Assembly (NCBI RefSeq): GCF_001194135.2
Contig: NC_068983.1
Span: 83,800,463 to 83,861,068, forward strand
From: Octopus bimaculoides
Taxonomy: Eukaryota
DNA: 60,606 nt
Direction of reading: 5' to 3'
In this document: positions 12,240 through 24,080 of the stretch, in pieces
How positions within the stretch are numbered: the first letter of the stretch is position 1
Layout of the letters: each line of letters begins with the position of its first letter
Notes under the pieces: model-generated
What the model was told of the DNA's origin: nothing
Databases searched by the model: none
The model's input: only the letters and a program-made list of their open reading frames with translations
Made by a program: the position numbers and the translations under genes

Positions 12240-12815
12240 GGCGCGGCTGTGTGGTAAGACGCTTGCTTCCCAACCACATGGTTCCGGGTTCAGTCCCACT
12301 GCGTGGCACCTTGGGCAAGTGCCAACCAAAGCCTTGTGAGTGGATTTGGTAGACGGAAACTGAAAGAAACCCGTCGCGAGCGCGCGTGCGTGTGTGTGTC
12401 TTACCATCGCTTGACAACTGGTGTTGGTGTGTTTACGCCCCCGTTACCCAGCTGTTCGACAAAAAACAGAACGATAGAATAAGTACGTTGAGGCGGCGAG
12501 CTGGCAGAAACGTTAACACACCGGGCGAAATGCTTAGCGGTATTTCGTCTGCCGCTACGTTCTGAGTTCAAATTCCGCCGAGGTCGACTTTGCCTTTCAT
12601 CCTTTCGAGATCGATTAAATAAGTACCAGTTACGCACTGGGGTCGATATAATCGACTTAATCCCTTTGTCTGTCCTTGTTTGTCCCCTCTGTGGGCAGTA
12701 AAGAAATAAGAATAAGTACCTTGATTTGAAGAAAAAATAATGGGGTCAGTTCATTCGACTAAAAAGGCGGTCCCCAAGTATGGCCGCTGTCCAATGACTG
12801 AAACAAGTAAAAGAA
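12240..12815 (+). mobile_element. Family B SINE interrupted by a family A SINE
   Basis: Head ggcgcggctgtgtggtaagacgcttgcttcccaaccacatggttccgggttcagtcccactgcgtggcaccttgggcaag. The 3' end resumes after 12719 and ends gactgaaacaagtaaaag. Confidence 0.9.
12487..12708 (+). mobile_element. Young family A SINE nested in family B, 11-bp TSD
   Basis: TSD agaataagtac at 12476-12486 and 12709-12719. Core gtcgactttgcctttcatcctttcg...aaataagtaccag resembles the Meta-domain SINE core; CpGs intact. Confidence 0.9.
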
Positions 12816-12885
12816 GAATAAAAGAAATATTACTAAACAACACTATATAAAATACTATGTAAGATTACTAAACAACACTATATTG

Positions 12886-13041
12886 CACTGGTTCCCAGCC
12901 TTTTCACTACCAATGACCCTATTTTTTTTTTTTATGAGTTTTCCCATGGACCCTCAGAATATTGAAAGGTCTGTTCCCGAATCCCCAGTACTATCTTTGC
13001 GAACCACCAGGGGTCCGCAGACCACAGGCTCGAAACCACTG
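12886..13041. mobile_element. hAT (Charlie/MER5-like) MITE
   Basis: Ends cactggttcccagcc ... ggctcgaaaccactg. 8-bp TSD ctatattg / ctatatag (1 mismatch), matching hAT TSD length. Confidence 0.8.
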
Positions 13042-13529
13042 CTATATAGGAACGCACCAAACAACGCCTGTCTACTCTATGTCATACAAACACGACATAC
13101 TATAAAATACACAATCACACACACACACACACCAACACTCTACGCAAAACAAACGCTGCATCCCCTCTCATTACACTACATTTCACATCACACCGTTCTC
13201 GCACATCAGTTGTACCTTAATAATAATAAACACAACATTACAAAACAACCAATTAACACCTTAGCAAATAATACCTCACCGCACCACATAATAGCAAACC
13301 ATAATACCCCATAGTCAACCCTCAGCCCTACCTTACATTCATCCCACCCAAACCCGCCCACAAAAGAACTCCGAACCGGTAAAATATCACAACCACACAT
13401 TGTGAAAGCACTAATGTTTAACCTTAAAATTTGGTGGTACGAAATTAGTGTGAGAGAAGAGTCTATTTTCGTTTTTAAGATCCTTTTGTTCTTATTTATT
13501 ATCATTATTAAGACACACACACACACGCA

Positions 13530-13661
13530 CAAATATATTTATATATATATGCACATATACATATACATGTACATATATACATACATGCATATATATACAT
13601 ACATACATACATGCATGTATATACATACATACATACATGTATATACATACATACATATATA

Positions 13662-13697
<36 letters not shown>

Positions 13698-13822
13698 CAT
13701 ACATACATATATATACATACATACATACATATATATACATACATACATATATATACATACATACATGTACATATGCATACATACATACATATACATACAT
13801 ACATGTACATATGCATACATAC

Positions 13823-13917
<95 letters not shown>

Positions 13918-14050
13918 CATATATATATATATACATACATACATATATACATGCATGCATACATACATACATACATACATATGTACGTACGTATGTATGT
14001 GTGTGTGTGTGTGTGCATGTGTATATGTGTGTGTGTGCGCGTGCGTGTGT
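13530..14050. repeat. Large (TACA)n/(TA)n/(TG)n compound microsatellite
   Basis: Direct read; source of many H/T/Y/I ORFs. Confidence 0.98.
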
Positions 14051-14976
14051 ATTCTTTTTTTTTAATATGGAGCAAACCAGCCTATTAAGCATCTCAAACA
14101 GATTGGCTCATTTTCGACTGAGATACCAGCAGAGATCTTTCATGTCCATTATTCCTCAGCCTGTCTTCTATTGCCGCATGTTTTTACACTGCTTGTGAGG
14201 CATAATTACTGAAAGGAAATCACACGAGAAGAAAGAAGCATCAAGATAAAAAGAATTAGCAAGGGTCGAACATATGGACTGTGTTAGATTTGCTCTTAGC
14301 TATGTGCATAACATACACACGCGCACACACATTCTCCCTCTTTCTCTCTCTCACACGTATATATATGCATACATGCTATATACGGGATACATACAATTGT
14401 GAGAGATTGTATATGTGTGAACGACTGTTGTAGATTAGAAGCGCTGTCCACTCATCAACACTTTTCACTTCATGTGTGTCCTCTGCATCTTTTCCGCATT
14501 CAGCTAACCAAATATACATACATACGCATGCAAACACGCACGTGTTTGTGTATGCCAAAACGTAAATACACACACACATATATACATATATGTATTATAC
14601 TTATATATATATATATATGTATGTACACACCCATATATATATATACACACGCGCGCATGTATATATACATATGCATGCATACACATACATGTAAGTATAT
14701 ATGTAAGTATATATATATATAATGTGTACACACATAACACACGCACAACACACACGCGCGTGTACACACATAGACACATATATATATACACATACACTTG
14801 GGAACGAACGCACACGTACATATATAGACATTCTAATGATATCCGGAGCCTTTGGATTCTGTGACGGACACAGGGAAAAAAGTGTGTGTGATTAGAACAG
14901 CTTTCCACTCGTTACATCTCCATCTTCTTTCCCTCTGCCTCCTTCTCTTTCTCTCTATTTATCTTTCTGGGAAAGT

Positions 14977-15008
<32 letters not shown>

Positions 15009-15101
15009 AAGAAGAGAAAAAGAGAGAGAGTAATGTAGTAATAAGAAGAAAATCAACTTTCTAGTGACCTTTCTTTTCTCTCTCCAAGGGTGAGAAATAG
15101 A

Positions 15102-15134
<33 letters not shown>

Positions 15135-15564
15135 ACACACACACACTTACACAGAATGCGTGTGTGTGTGCATGTATCTACGCACGTGTGTAAGAATGAG
15201 TGTGAAATCAATAATTAGATGGCTAAACCCGACAATCTGGAATGTTCCATTGTAAACAGTGTAAGTTTCTTACAAGTCTCCTCTAACTTGCAATAAGTCC
15301 GTTTACTTTGTCTGTATANNNNNNNNNNGTATGTATGTATGTATACACACACACACTTACACAGAATGCGTGTGTGTGTGTATGTATGTGTGTGTGCATG
15401 TATCTACGCACGTGTGTAAGAATGAGTGTGAAATCAATAATTAGATGGCTAAACCCGACAATCTGGAATGTTCCATTGTAAACAGTGTAAGTTTCTTACA
15501 AGTCTCCTCTAACTTGCAATAAGTCCGTTTACTTTGTCTGTATAACTATGGTGACTACAACCTC

Positions 15565-15790
15565 TGCAAGCTTGGTCACACAACCTGCTAGAAGTAGCAA
15601 CAAAACTATATTTCTCTTCCGCAGGAAAATCACACATAACGATCTTTAAATAAAAAAAGAAAGACACATTGGATAATACGTTGTTCTGTAAAAATATATA
15701 TAAAACGTAGTGGTATTTTAACCATCATGCCTAAGACTATTCTGGAGCACGAATTTTGATTATAGGAGTAGCCAATTAGAACTGACCTAG
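15565..15790 (+). mobile_element. Unclassified interspersed repeat family F (also ~22575-22775 +, ~39545-39725 -, ~41490-41675 +)
   Basis: Shared motifs caacc(t/a)gctagaa(a/g)tagca(g/a)c..aaat..cacac..acatt(g/a)gataa..gacct in four places; no coding capacity seen. Confidence 0.6.
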
Positions 15791-15824
15791 TGATAAAAAA
15801 AAGATAGTAACAATGTAAATAATG

Positions 15825-16435
15825 GTTTCAAATTTTGGTACAAGGATGGCAATTTCAGGAGAGGGGATAAATCGATTACATCAACCCCAGTGATCAACTG
15901 GTACCTGCCTTATCGGCCCCCGAAAGGATGAAAGGAAAATTCGACTTTGGCGGAATTTGAACTCAGAATGTAGAGATAGACAAAATGCTGCTAAGTATCT
16001 TGTTCGGTGTGCTAACGATTCTGCCAGCTTGCGCCTTAGCAACAATATTAATATCATTCTTGTCAGCTACGATATTTCATGTCCTTGGCCATAGAGCCGA
16101 AAGCAAACTTTAGAACTAAACAACATTTTTACCACATGGTTGGCGATAGAAGAGCAGTACTTATGATTATATTTTCAAAGCATCACAGACAAATGAGAGG
16201 AAGAGAGAAAGTTATTATCAAACTGGGGACCAGACCCGAATGTTCGCAGCAATTTGGGCCAGTGCTTTCTAAGAGTCATAGGTAGGCTGGTCAGTTGCTA
16301 CGTTCAGAGTTCAAATTCCACCGACGTCGACTTTGCCTTTTATCCTTTCGGGGTCGATAAATTAAGTACCAATGAAACAAGAGGTTGATGTGATCGATTG
16401 TCCCCCTCCCCACAAAAATCCAGGCCTTGTGCCTT
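15825..16435. mobile_element. Two family A SINEs, head-to-head (15825-16040 -, 16285-16435 +)
   Basis: Core aaaggatgaaagg..gactttggcggaatttgaactcagaa (-) and ttcaaattccaccgacgtcgactttgccttttatcctttcggggtcgataaattaagtacc (+). Confidence 0.8.
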
Positions 16436-16439
16436 TATT

Positions 16440-16566
16440 TTTTTATTTGGTTCAGTTATTCGACTGTGGCCATGCTGGGGCACCGCCTTTAGTTGAAGAA
16501 ATCGACCACAGGAATCATTCTTTGTAAGCCTAGTACTTATTCTATTGGACTCTTTTGCCGAACCGC
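16440..16566 (-). mobile_element. Family B SINE 3' part, cut by a gap
   Basis: cgactgtggccatgctggggcaccgcctttagttgaagaaatcgacc... homologous to 1135-1250. Confidence 0.85.
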
Positions 16567-16666
16567 NNNNNNNNNNNNNNNNNNNNNNNNNNNNNNNNNN
16601 NNNNNNNNNNNNNNNNNNNNNNNNNNNNNNNNNNNNNNNNNNNNNNNNNNNNNNNNNNNNNNNNNN

Positions 16667-16997
16667 TGGCTGAGCACTCCACAGACACGTGTACCCTTAA
16701 CGTAGTTCTCGGGTACCCTTAACGCAGTACCTTAACACGTGTACCCTTAACGTAGTTCAGCATGACATAGTGTGACAAGGCTGACTCTTTGAATTACAGG
16801 CACAACAGAAACAGGAAGTAAGAGAAAGTTGTGGTGGAAGAGTACAGCAGGGTTCGCCACCATCCCCTGTCGGAGCCTCGTGGAGCTTTAGGTGTTTTTC
16901 GCTCAATAAACACTCACAACGCCCGGTCTGGGAATCGAAACCGCGATCCTATGACCGCGAGTCCGCTGCCCTAACCACTAGGCCATTGCGCTTCCAC
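16667..16997 (-). mobile_element. Young tRNA-headed SINE family C
   Basis: Reverse complement gtggaagcgcaatggcctagtggttagggcagcggactcgcggtcataggatcgcggtttcgattcccagaccggg... is highly similar to 34371-34763. Confidence 0.9.
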
Positions 16998-17104
16998 ACA
17001 TACATACATGCATACATACATAAATACATACATACATATACATGCAAGTACACATACACACATGTATGCATGCATGCATGCATGCGTGTGTGTGTGTGTG
17101 TGTG

Positions 17105-17580
17105 GTACGATGATTTTTATTGAAGTTCTTCTCAAGAGAGTTCAAACCGATCGCTGAACCGCTGTCGGTGACAAGGATTTTTTAGTTAAGAGAGTTTCCG
17201 GTGTTTGTAATATGCGGTTGAGTTGGTGTGTTGGTTGAGCTGTCAATGCACACGGGTGTGTGCATCAATTCATCTCAAGAATAAAGAATCTCGGAGAATC
17301 TTTGAAATATCTTACAAATCTTCATTGTGTCACTAATAGATTCGATTTCCTAAAGAATTCCTGTGTGTCTCTTTTGCTCTTTCTTCGTAAAACCTGTTAT
17401 TTCTTGTTTCTTTTGGGGTAAATTTGTTGGTACATAACCTAATGCGCCTATGGTAATAGGTATAAATGAGAATTTATTGTCAAGGTAGAAATGCTGCAAG
17501 TTCCGCATTAATTCTTCATAAATGTTCTCTTTTTCCTGGACTTTTGATTGTACATTCACATACGCTGAGAAGCTGACCTC
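17105..17580 (-). mobile_element. 5'-truncated RLE-type LINE 3' end (copy 1)
   Basis: NVQSKVQEKENIYEELMRNLQHFYLDNKFSFIPITIGALGYVPTNL; RLE C-terminal GALG motif. The 3' UTR runs into (CA)n. Confidence 0.85.
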
Positions 17581-17599
17581 TATGTATGTAAATATGTTG

Positions 17600-18300
17600 G
17601 CTCTTTGAATTTAATTTAAGTTCTTGAGGGAGTTCGAGTCGGTCGGTAACAAAGCAACAAGACTTTTTGAATTAAGAGAGTTCCCGATATTTGTAAATAT
17701 GTGGTTGACTTGGTGTGTTGGTTGAACTGTCGATGCTTACACATAAGTGTGAGCATCGATTAACATAAGAATCTTACACGGAGGATTTTTGAAATATCTT
17801 ACAAATCTTCTCTGTACCACTAATAGATCCGATTTGGAGAATCTACGGCAGTTTCTTTTGCTCTTTTTCTGTGAAACCAAGTACTTCTAGGTTTTTGTGC
17901 AAATTTGTTGGTACGTAACCTAGTGCACCTATGATGATTGGTACAAATGAGAATTCATTGTCAAGATACAAGAACTGTAAATTTCGCATTAATTCGCCAT
18001 ATATGTCCTCTTTGTCCTGGACGTTTGATTGTACATTCACATCTGCTGGGCATCTGACCTCTACAACAGAGCATGACTTTTGTTCCCGGTCCCACAGAGC
18101 AATATTAGGTCTGTTGTATTTGCACCGAATTGATTTTTTTTACTAGGGTGTTCCACCAGTATTCCTTGTTTTTAAAAGTGTGAATACCTGCCGATTCTGA
18201 CATACCTTTGGTGTATACGTCAGGACAATGCTTCCTGGTGATAGCGTGTGTGTGCGCTTGAGGGCGTATATATGAATGCAGGTGCACGTATCAAAATTCA
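17600..18300 (-). mobile_element. 5'-truncated RLE-type LINE 3' end (copy 2)
   Basis: EYWWNTLV..YNRPNIALWDREQKSCSVVEVRCPADVNVQSNVQDKEDIYGELMRNLQFLY..FVPIIIGALGYV, a PD-(D/E)xK endonuclease (RPDI..WD..C..VEV.CP.D) with a frameshift. Confidence 0.88.
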
Positions 18301-19899
18301 CTGAAAAATATGCTCAGGTGAGCGAGTGAGTATATTCTCAATCCGTAATATGAAAGATCTTCCTGCAGGATTGCAGTGTGTGAAATGCTTTGAATGTTTT
18401 TCGGAAGTGAAACGTGTCTGGTGCTGTTGTCGTGGGTAATTGCTGAGATTGGGATTAGCAAGGACAACAGTGTAAGAATGCTGGAGTGATGCGTGAGACA
18501 GATAATTTTATCTGTTAATTACGTGGTCAAACAGGGGTCTAACAGAGGGAAATTATGTCTAAACATGAGCGCAGAGCATGTGAACATCCGACGTGAATCG
18601 AGTTGGGAGAAGAATTGAGCTGACACAGTCGTGTTACAAAACAAGGCAATAGATGCATAATAGAGGTGCGTGTGTATGTGTGCAAAAGGGCTTGCAAGGT
18701 TGAGGTTGTAATGCTAGTGCATTGATTACAAATACAGTGTATAGTATTGAATATGCCAGTGATTAAGGCAGTGCTGAATATGCCAGCCGGTGCATGAGGT
18801 ACTATATGCCTCGATCGTGCAGGAGCAAAAGTGTGGCATGCTGGCGCGTTGTAAGGGACGAACAACTTTCTCTATGTATGCGTGACCGACGTAGGATCTT
18901 ACAGAGATGAGTTGTGTATACAAGGACGCAGGGAGCATGAAAAACAAGCGAGAAAGCGCAGGGAGCATGAAAAACAAGCGAGAATGTGACAGAGTTAACA
19001 TGTGTATGGGTGTGTATGAATGTGTGCAGATGCGTGCGCAAGGCCAGGCGCTGAGGAAAGGTGCATGCGATGAAGGAAATTGCAGATATTCAAAAGGAGA
19101 ACATTTAGCAGAAATCATATAATAAAAACAGATGAATAATGCGTGTGCATGAAATGTGAAAACATAAAAAGAAATAAGCAAAAATTTTCAAACTTGGTTA
19201 GAAAGTGTTCTGGTCTTGGTAAACGAAAAAGTAGCAGTTGAAATGCAAAAATAGGTGTATGCAAAGTAAGCTCAAATCAATGGCTGTCGAAAACGTTGTG
19301 CGTGTGGGCTTACATAATGGTATCCAGTTAGTTCTTCGTTGGATAGTTGTTTGAAGTTGTTATTCTTGTCATCGATGTTACAAGCGTGATGTGAAGGCTG
19401 TATTTCTTGAGCTCGGCAGTGTTGCATTTTTGTGAAGTGCATCGTAGATTGCATCGCAATATAGAGCTTTCTGTAGCAGGTCGAAGGAGGGTGTATGCAG
19501 GTTGTCATTCTTTTCCTTTGGTTTAGCGACTGTTGATATGAAGACTGTAGTTCTTTCGTTCGAAGTCAGCAAAATTCTGCGGCATGTAGCATCGGAAGAT
19601 AGCAATTCTCTTTACACGGGGTCAACAATTTGTTGATAATGTAGCTTTAGAAGACAGCAATTCTTTTTTTACGTGGGGTCACCAGATGTTGGTTGAAATT
19701 AATTTTTGTATAACAAAAAGAGAACAGAATTGTAAAAGAACAGAATTAGAGCTAGTGAAAGTTGTAGGGTCGTGGGAAGTTGTCTCATAGTTGCTGACAG
19801 CTCTTGGTGGTCCAAATCGGATGTGCAATCTAAGTGGGTATCTTTTCAGAACATTGTCTAGTTTAAGAAGCCACATCAGATGCCATTCTTACATTCTTA

Positions 19900-20560
19900 T
19901 CTCTTCCTACCCATCCCCTACTCCTCTCCCATTAATACCTTGACCACCAACTAACATTCCTTTTTTCATTTTTGTTTTCACTTCCTTACATTTTTTCATT
20001 TTCTCTTGTTTTCATTTTCTCTTCCTCCTTCTTTCCTTCTTTTCTCACCTTTTCCTTTGACCTCTCTCTTCATTTTAATATACACATCTCTTCTCCCCTC
20101 TCTATCCACTTAATACTACCACTACATTCTCAAATTTTCATTCATTCCACAAGACCCCTTTGAGTGAACAGCACATAGAATCTACGTCTCCACACTTTCT
20201 ATTTGTGATGACAAAATAGGAACTCCTATTGGCATTTACATACCACAGACAAGAAGCATTCCACTTCTACACACCACTTTCCTTGGATAATGGAACTGCA
20301 ACTATAACATCATTATACATTTTTATTTCTACATTCATTCTCCTATTTCCCTATACTCTTTATTTGCTTCCTTTTCCAAAATAACTCCTCAAATTGAACA
20401 CTAATATTTCCCTCTATTTAACCATCTCACATCGTCTCTGACGAAGGGATATCCCTAATATCCCAAAAACAGCTGTAAGACTAACCTTCTCTTTATAATT
20501 GTCCTGAAAACTCGACACAGCCTTGGCTTTGTGGTCTCATTTTATTTGACATATACATGC
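19900..20560 (+). mobile_element. Probable PLE pseudo-LTR remnant with hammerhead relic at 20434-20481
   Basis: gtct-CTGACGA-a-gggata(tccctaa)tatccc-aaaaac-agct-gta-agac. Stems I and II and a palindromic stem III (ACAGCTGT) are present, but GAAA is mutated. Confidence 0.6.
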
Positions 20561-20709
20561 TCATACAAGACCCGTATTAGATTCCTCACTCGTATCATTA
20601 TCGAACCGAGAGTTTAACTACGGTCTTTCCATGGCACTTACATAGCGTTAGGTGCCACCCTGCGTCTTCTGGGTGCCTATACCTCTCATACCTTTGCTTC
20701 CTATATATA

Positions 20710-20754
<45 letters not shown>

Positions 20755-21099
20755 NNNNNNNNNNNNNNNNNNNNNNNNNNNNNNNNNNNNNNNNNNNNNN
20801 NNNNNNNNNNNNNNNNNNNNNNNNNNNNNNNNNNNNNNNNNNNNNNNNNNNNNNNNNNNNNNNNNNNNNNNNNNNNNNNNNNNNNNNNNNNNNNNNNNNN
20901 NNNNNNNNNNNNNNNNNNNNNNNNNNNNNNNNNNNNNNNNNNNNNNNNNNNNNNNNNNNNNNNNNNNNNNNNNNNNNNNNNNNNNNNNNNNNNNNNNNNN
21001 NNNNNNNNTATATATATACACGCACGCACGCATCGAAACGTGTGCCTGCATATGATGGTTGAAAGATGATACAACAAAACAGAATACTCAACTTTAACT

Positions 21100-21412
21100 A
21101 GGTTTAAACCGCTACCCTATTATTTACATTGAAAATGAAGACAGGCGGTAAGCGGAAATCTTTTTCATGAATTCAGTACAAAATACTGAATTTTACCTGC
21201 ATTTGAAACGTAAATCCTATGTGTTAGATTTACCATTACATAACTACTTCTGCCCTAAAAGAGAAAAACAGATGTCGACTATTCTGCTAATGTAAAATAG
21301 TGGGAATAAGGAAAATGAAACCTCGTGAGTAATACAAAATATGGTCTGTGTGTGTATGTAGGCACAAATGTATGCGTATGTGTGCACGTTTATGTTTATG
21401 TAGGCACAATAT

Positions 21413-21446
<34 letters not shown>

Positions 21447-21700
21447 CTGTGTGTGCATATTATAGTTTGAATGAAACACTGAATAATTAAAATTGTATAA
21501 AAGCCACTACAATGCAAATTTTAAATAAAGGAGTGAAAACAGTAAACCAAATCAACAGTTTATGCTTTGCCTTATATATTGATATTTCGGGGTTAGACCC
21601 CTTAGTCAAAAAAAAAAAGATAGACAATGGCGAGCTGATATCTTTTGCTCTGATCTGTGAGAGCGGTGAATGCAGTGGGCTGGTAGTGTTCCAATTGCCA
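21100..21700. promoter_or_regulatory. Putative promoter/TSS zone at the CpG-retention boundary
   Basis: Largely non-repetitive, CpG-bearing sequence (ggcggtaagcggaaat; gacaatggcgagc, YY1-like; gagcggtg) immediately before a long CpG-depleted domain. Inferred only. Confidence 0.35.
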
Positions 21701-23974
21701 GTTTACCTCTAAATAACCCCTTGTATAATGGATGGGTTTAGTTTATTAATTAAGTTGGCCTTCTTGAGGCACAAATTACAGATGTTCCCCTTTGTTGCCT
21801 TCATACTAACCCTGAAGTCTTGAGTGTGTAATTTCATCAGATGTTTTTTTAACTGGTGTGTTAGTCTTCACATGTTTTTTATTTTAATGCAGATATGCAA
21901 TTTCAGGATAGTGCCTCCAGAGTTTAATGCAGACTATTTGGTACGCTCTGCAATTTAATAAAAGGAAAGTGTTTACCTATTGAAAGTTAATATTATCTTT
22001 CATGTGATTATAAGATTTCATATACGATTTGAATCTAAATTTGAACGCTTTAACAGAAACGGTTTCATGTGGATTAGTTTTGAAAGGGTTAAAGTTTATT
22101 GTTGAGAAAGAATATTTCTGAATTAGTACAGAAGTGTCACATCACGAAATCATGTGTTGTCACACTTGGTTACAAAAGTGTGTGTGAAAACACTATGAAG
22201 TCATGATTTTAATGGAAAAAAAATTACAAAGAAACAGATGAGTATATGACAACATTTTTAATTATTGTACTTAAAAATACTAGAATTTAATTTTTCAGAT
22301 GATTGGCAAATATGGCACCTGGTAATAAGAGATAACTATTTAATAATAATTTACAAACCAAAATACATTTTTGATAATTATGTCCAACATTTCTCTTGAT
22401 ATAATTTCTCTTGATATAATTTCTCTTGATACAATTTAAACTGTTTGTTTATCATACTTGAAATTTACACTAAAAACTTCTTTAACCAGTCATACGATCT
22501 ACTTAATTTGGAGTATAATCTTCATCACACATTAGACCTGCTCTCCTAATCATTGTACTTGAGATTATACTAATGTGAGAAGTCTTTACATGGATACTCA
22601 ACCAGCTAGAAATAGCAGCAAAATTTCGCTCAGATCACACCATGTACCATCTTAAAAATAGGAAAAGAACATTAGATAAAGTAGTCCAGCGCAGAAAAGA
22701 AAAAGATGGACTGGAATATTTTAGGTGTGTTTGACCTGAGACTGATTTTCTTAAACAAGAACATCAACAACTTGTGGTTTTGGCAATGTTATTTTATATA
22801 ATAATTTTAAAACACATCCTTATTACTGATACAAACATGAAATAGTATTAACGTTAGCTTTATCTCTTGTCCATTACTATTTCAGTAACGTCTGAAGTTT
22901 CTTGTTTCTATGTATCAGACATTCATTTCAAGTTCAATGCAGTTTCATAAAAGAAAATTTTAAAAACTCTGAATAAGAAGCAATCCAAATAGACATTTAC
23001 AAGTTGTACATGATAGTGGTATGGTTTATAAAACAAGACAAAAACCATACTGTAAATATTAAGTAAATTCTGACTGTAGATGTCAACAATAGGCAAAATC
23101 TACAAAATGGAGACATTTACAAAACAGACACAGAAAAATACATTGTAAACAGAGATTAACATACTTAAAGCAGTTTGCAAGTTCCAACAAAATATTAATC
23201 ACTCAAAATTACAAATGTGATTAAAAGGAAAATCATTAGCATTACTGATAACTCTTGTCGAGAATGATAAGGGAAACAATTCTGAAATCTAAATTGATTA
23301 AAAATTGGTCGGGGGACATGCTGTGTGAAGTAAGAATTTTGGTAAGTACAGCAACAACTCTGAACATGTTTCAGCATTATCATACTTCATTAATCATACA
23401 GAAAAATACTGCTTATAGATATAAGATAACTGCAGTATGCAGGTGATGGTCTGACAGAGATAGCAATGTGAGTTACTGCTATTGTTTAGAACTTTATGCT
23501 ATACTTATTCTGCTATGAGAGCATGAACTCAATGTTTATGAATGTGTTCATATGTTCATAAATTCTCAGAACAAATATTTCAATAGTTTTTCTTAGAGTA
23601 AACATTCAGCCAGGAGACCAAAAGATATCTGTTTTCAGTTCTCTTGACTGAGAAATTTTAGAAGAACCAATAAAATGGATAATAAATTGATATTATACAA
23701 GACTTCTTTACTACCATTTATATTCCTTCAAATTTATATCAAGACTAGTATGCTGCGACAGGCTGGATGAGTCTGCACTCAGCATTGTTTTGAATACATG
23801 GAATCTGTGACATCACATCCTTGTATCACACCATTTCCAAGACTTATCTAATTCATCACACCTGTTAATCTTAACACCATTGTCTGCTATTATTGACTCA
23901 CAGTCAAAGACAGTGTACTGGCACAATCATTACTCCTACAGACAAAATACTTAACAGTATTTCTTCCAGTTATA

Positions 23975-24080
23975 CATCCTGGGTTCAAATGTCATTGAGA
24001 TTAGCTTGACTTTCATCCTTTCAGGGTAAATAAAATAAGTACCAGTTGAACACTGGAATTGGTATAAGTGATTGGCACCC
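23975..24080 (+). mobile_element. Family A SINE fragment, CpG-decayed
   Basis: gggttcaaatgtcattgag..ttgactttcatcctttcagggtaaataaaataagtaccagttgaacactgg. Confidence 0.75.

Noticed and set aside
15119-15544. ~200-bp tandem duplication
   Set aside because: The copies flank a 10-N gap and differ only by a 16-nt microsatellite indel; most likely two alleles assembled side by side.
20642-20700. EDAGWHLTL resembling the AGWH motif of GT17 glycosyltransferases
   Set aside because: A four-residue match only, and the frame is incompatible with neighbouring candidate exons.
22389-22435. 15-bp tandem repeat x3 (and a 36-bp TG-rich repeat at ~53258-53350)
   Set aside because: Simple slippage repeats with no unique spacers; not CRISPR-like, and nothing prokaryotic or viral is evident in the window.
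23260-23365. Possible C/D-box snoRNA (ATGATAA..CTGA..TGATTA..CTGA)
   Set aside because: C boxes are non-canonical, there is no terminal stem, and I cannot verify an rRNA/snRNA target.
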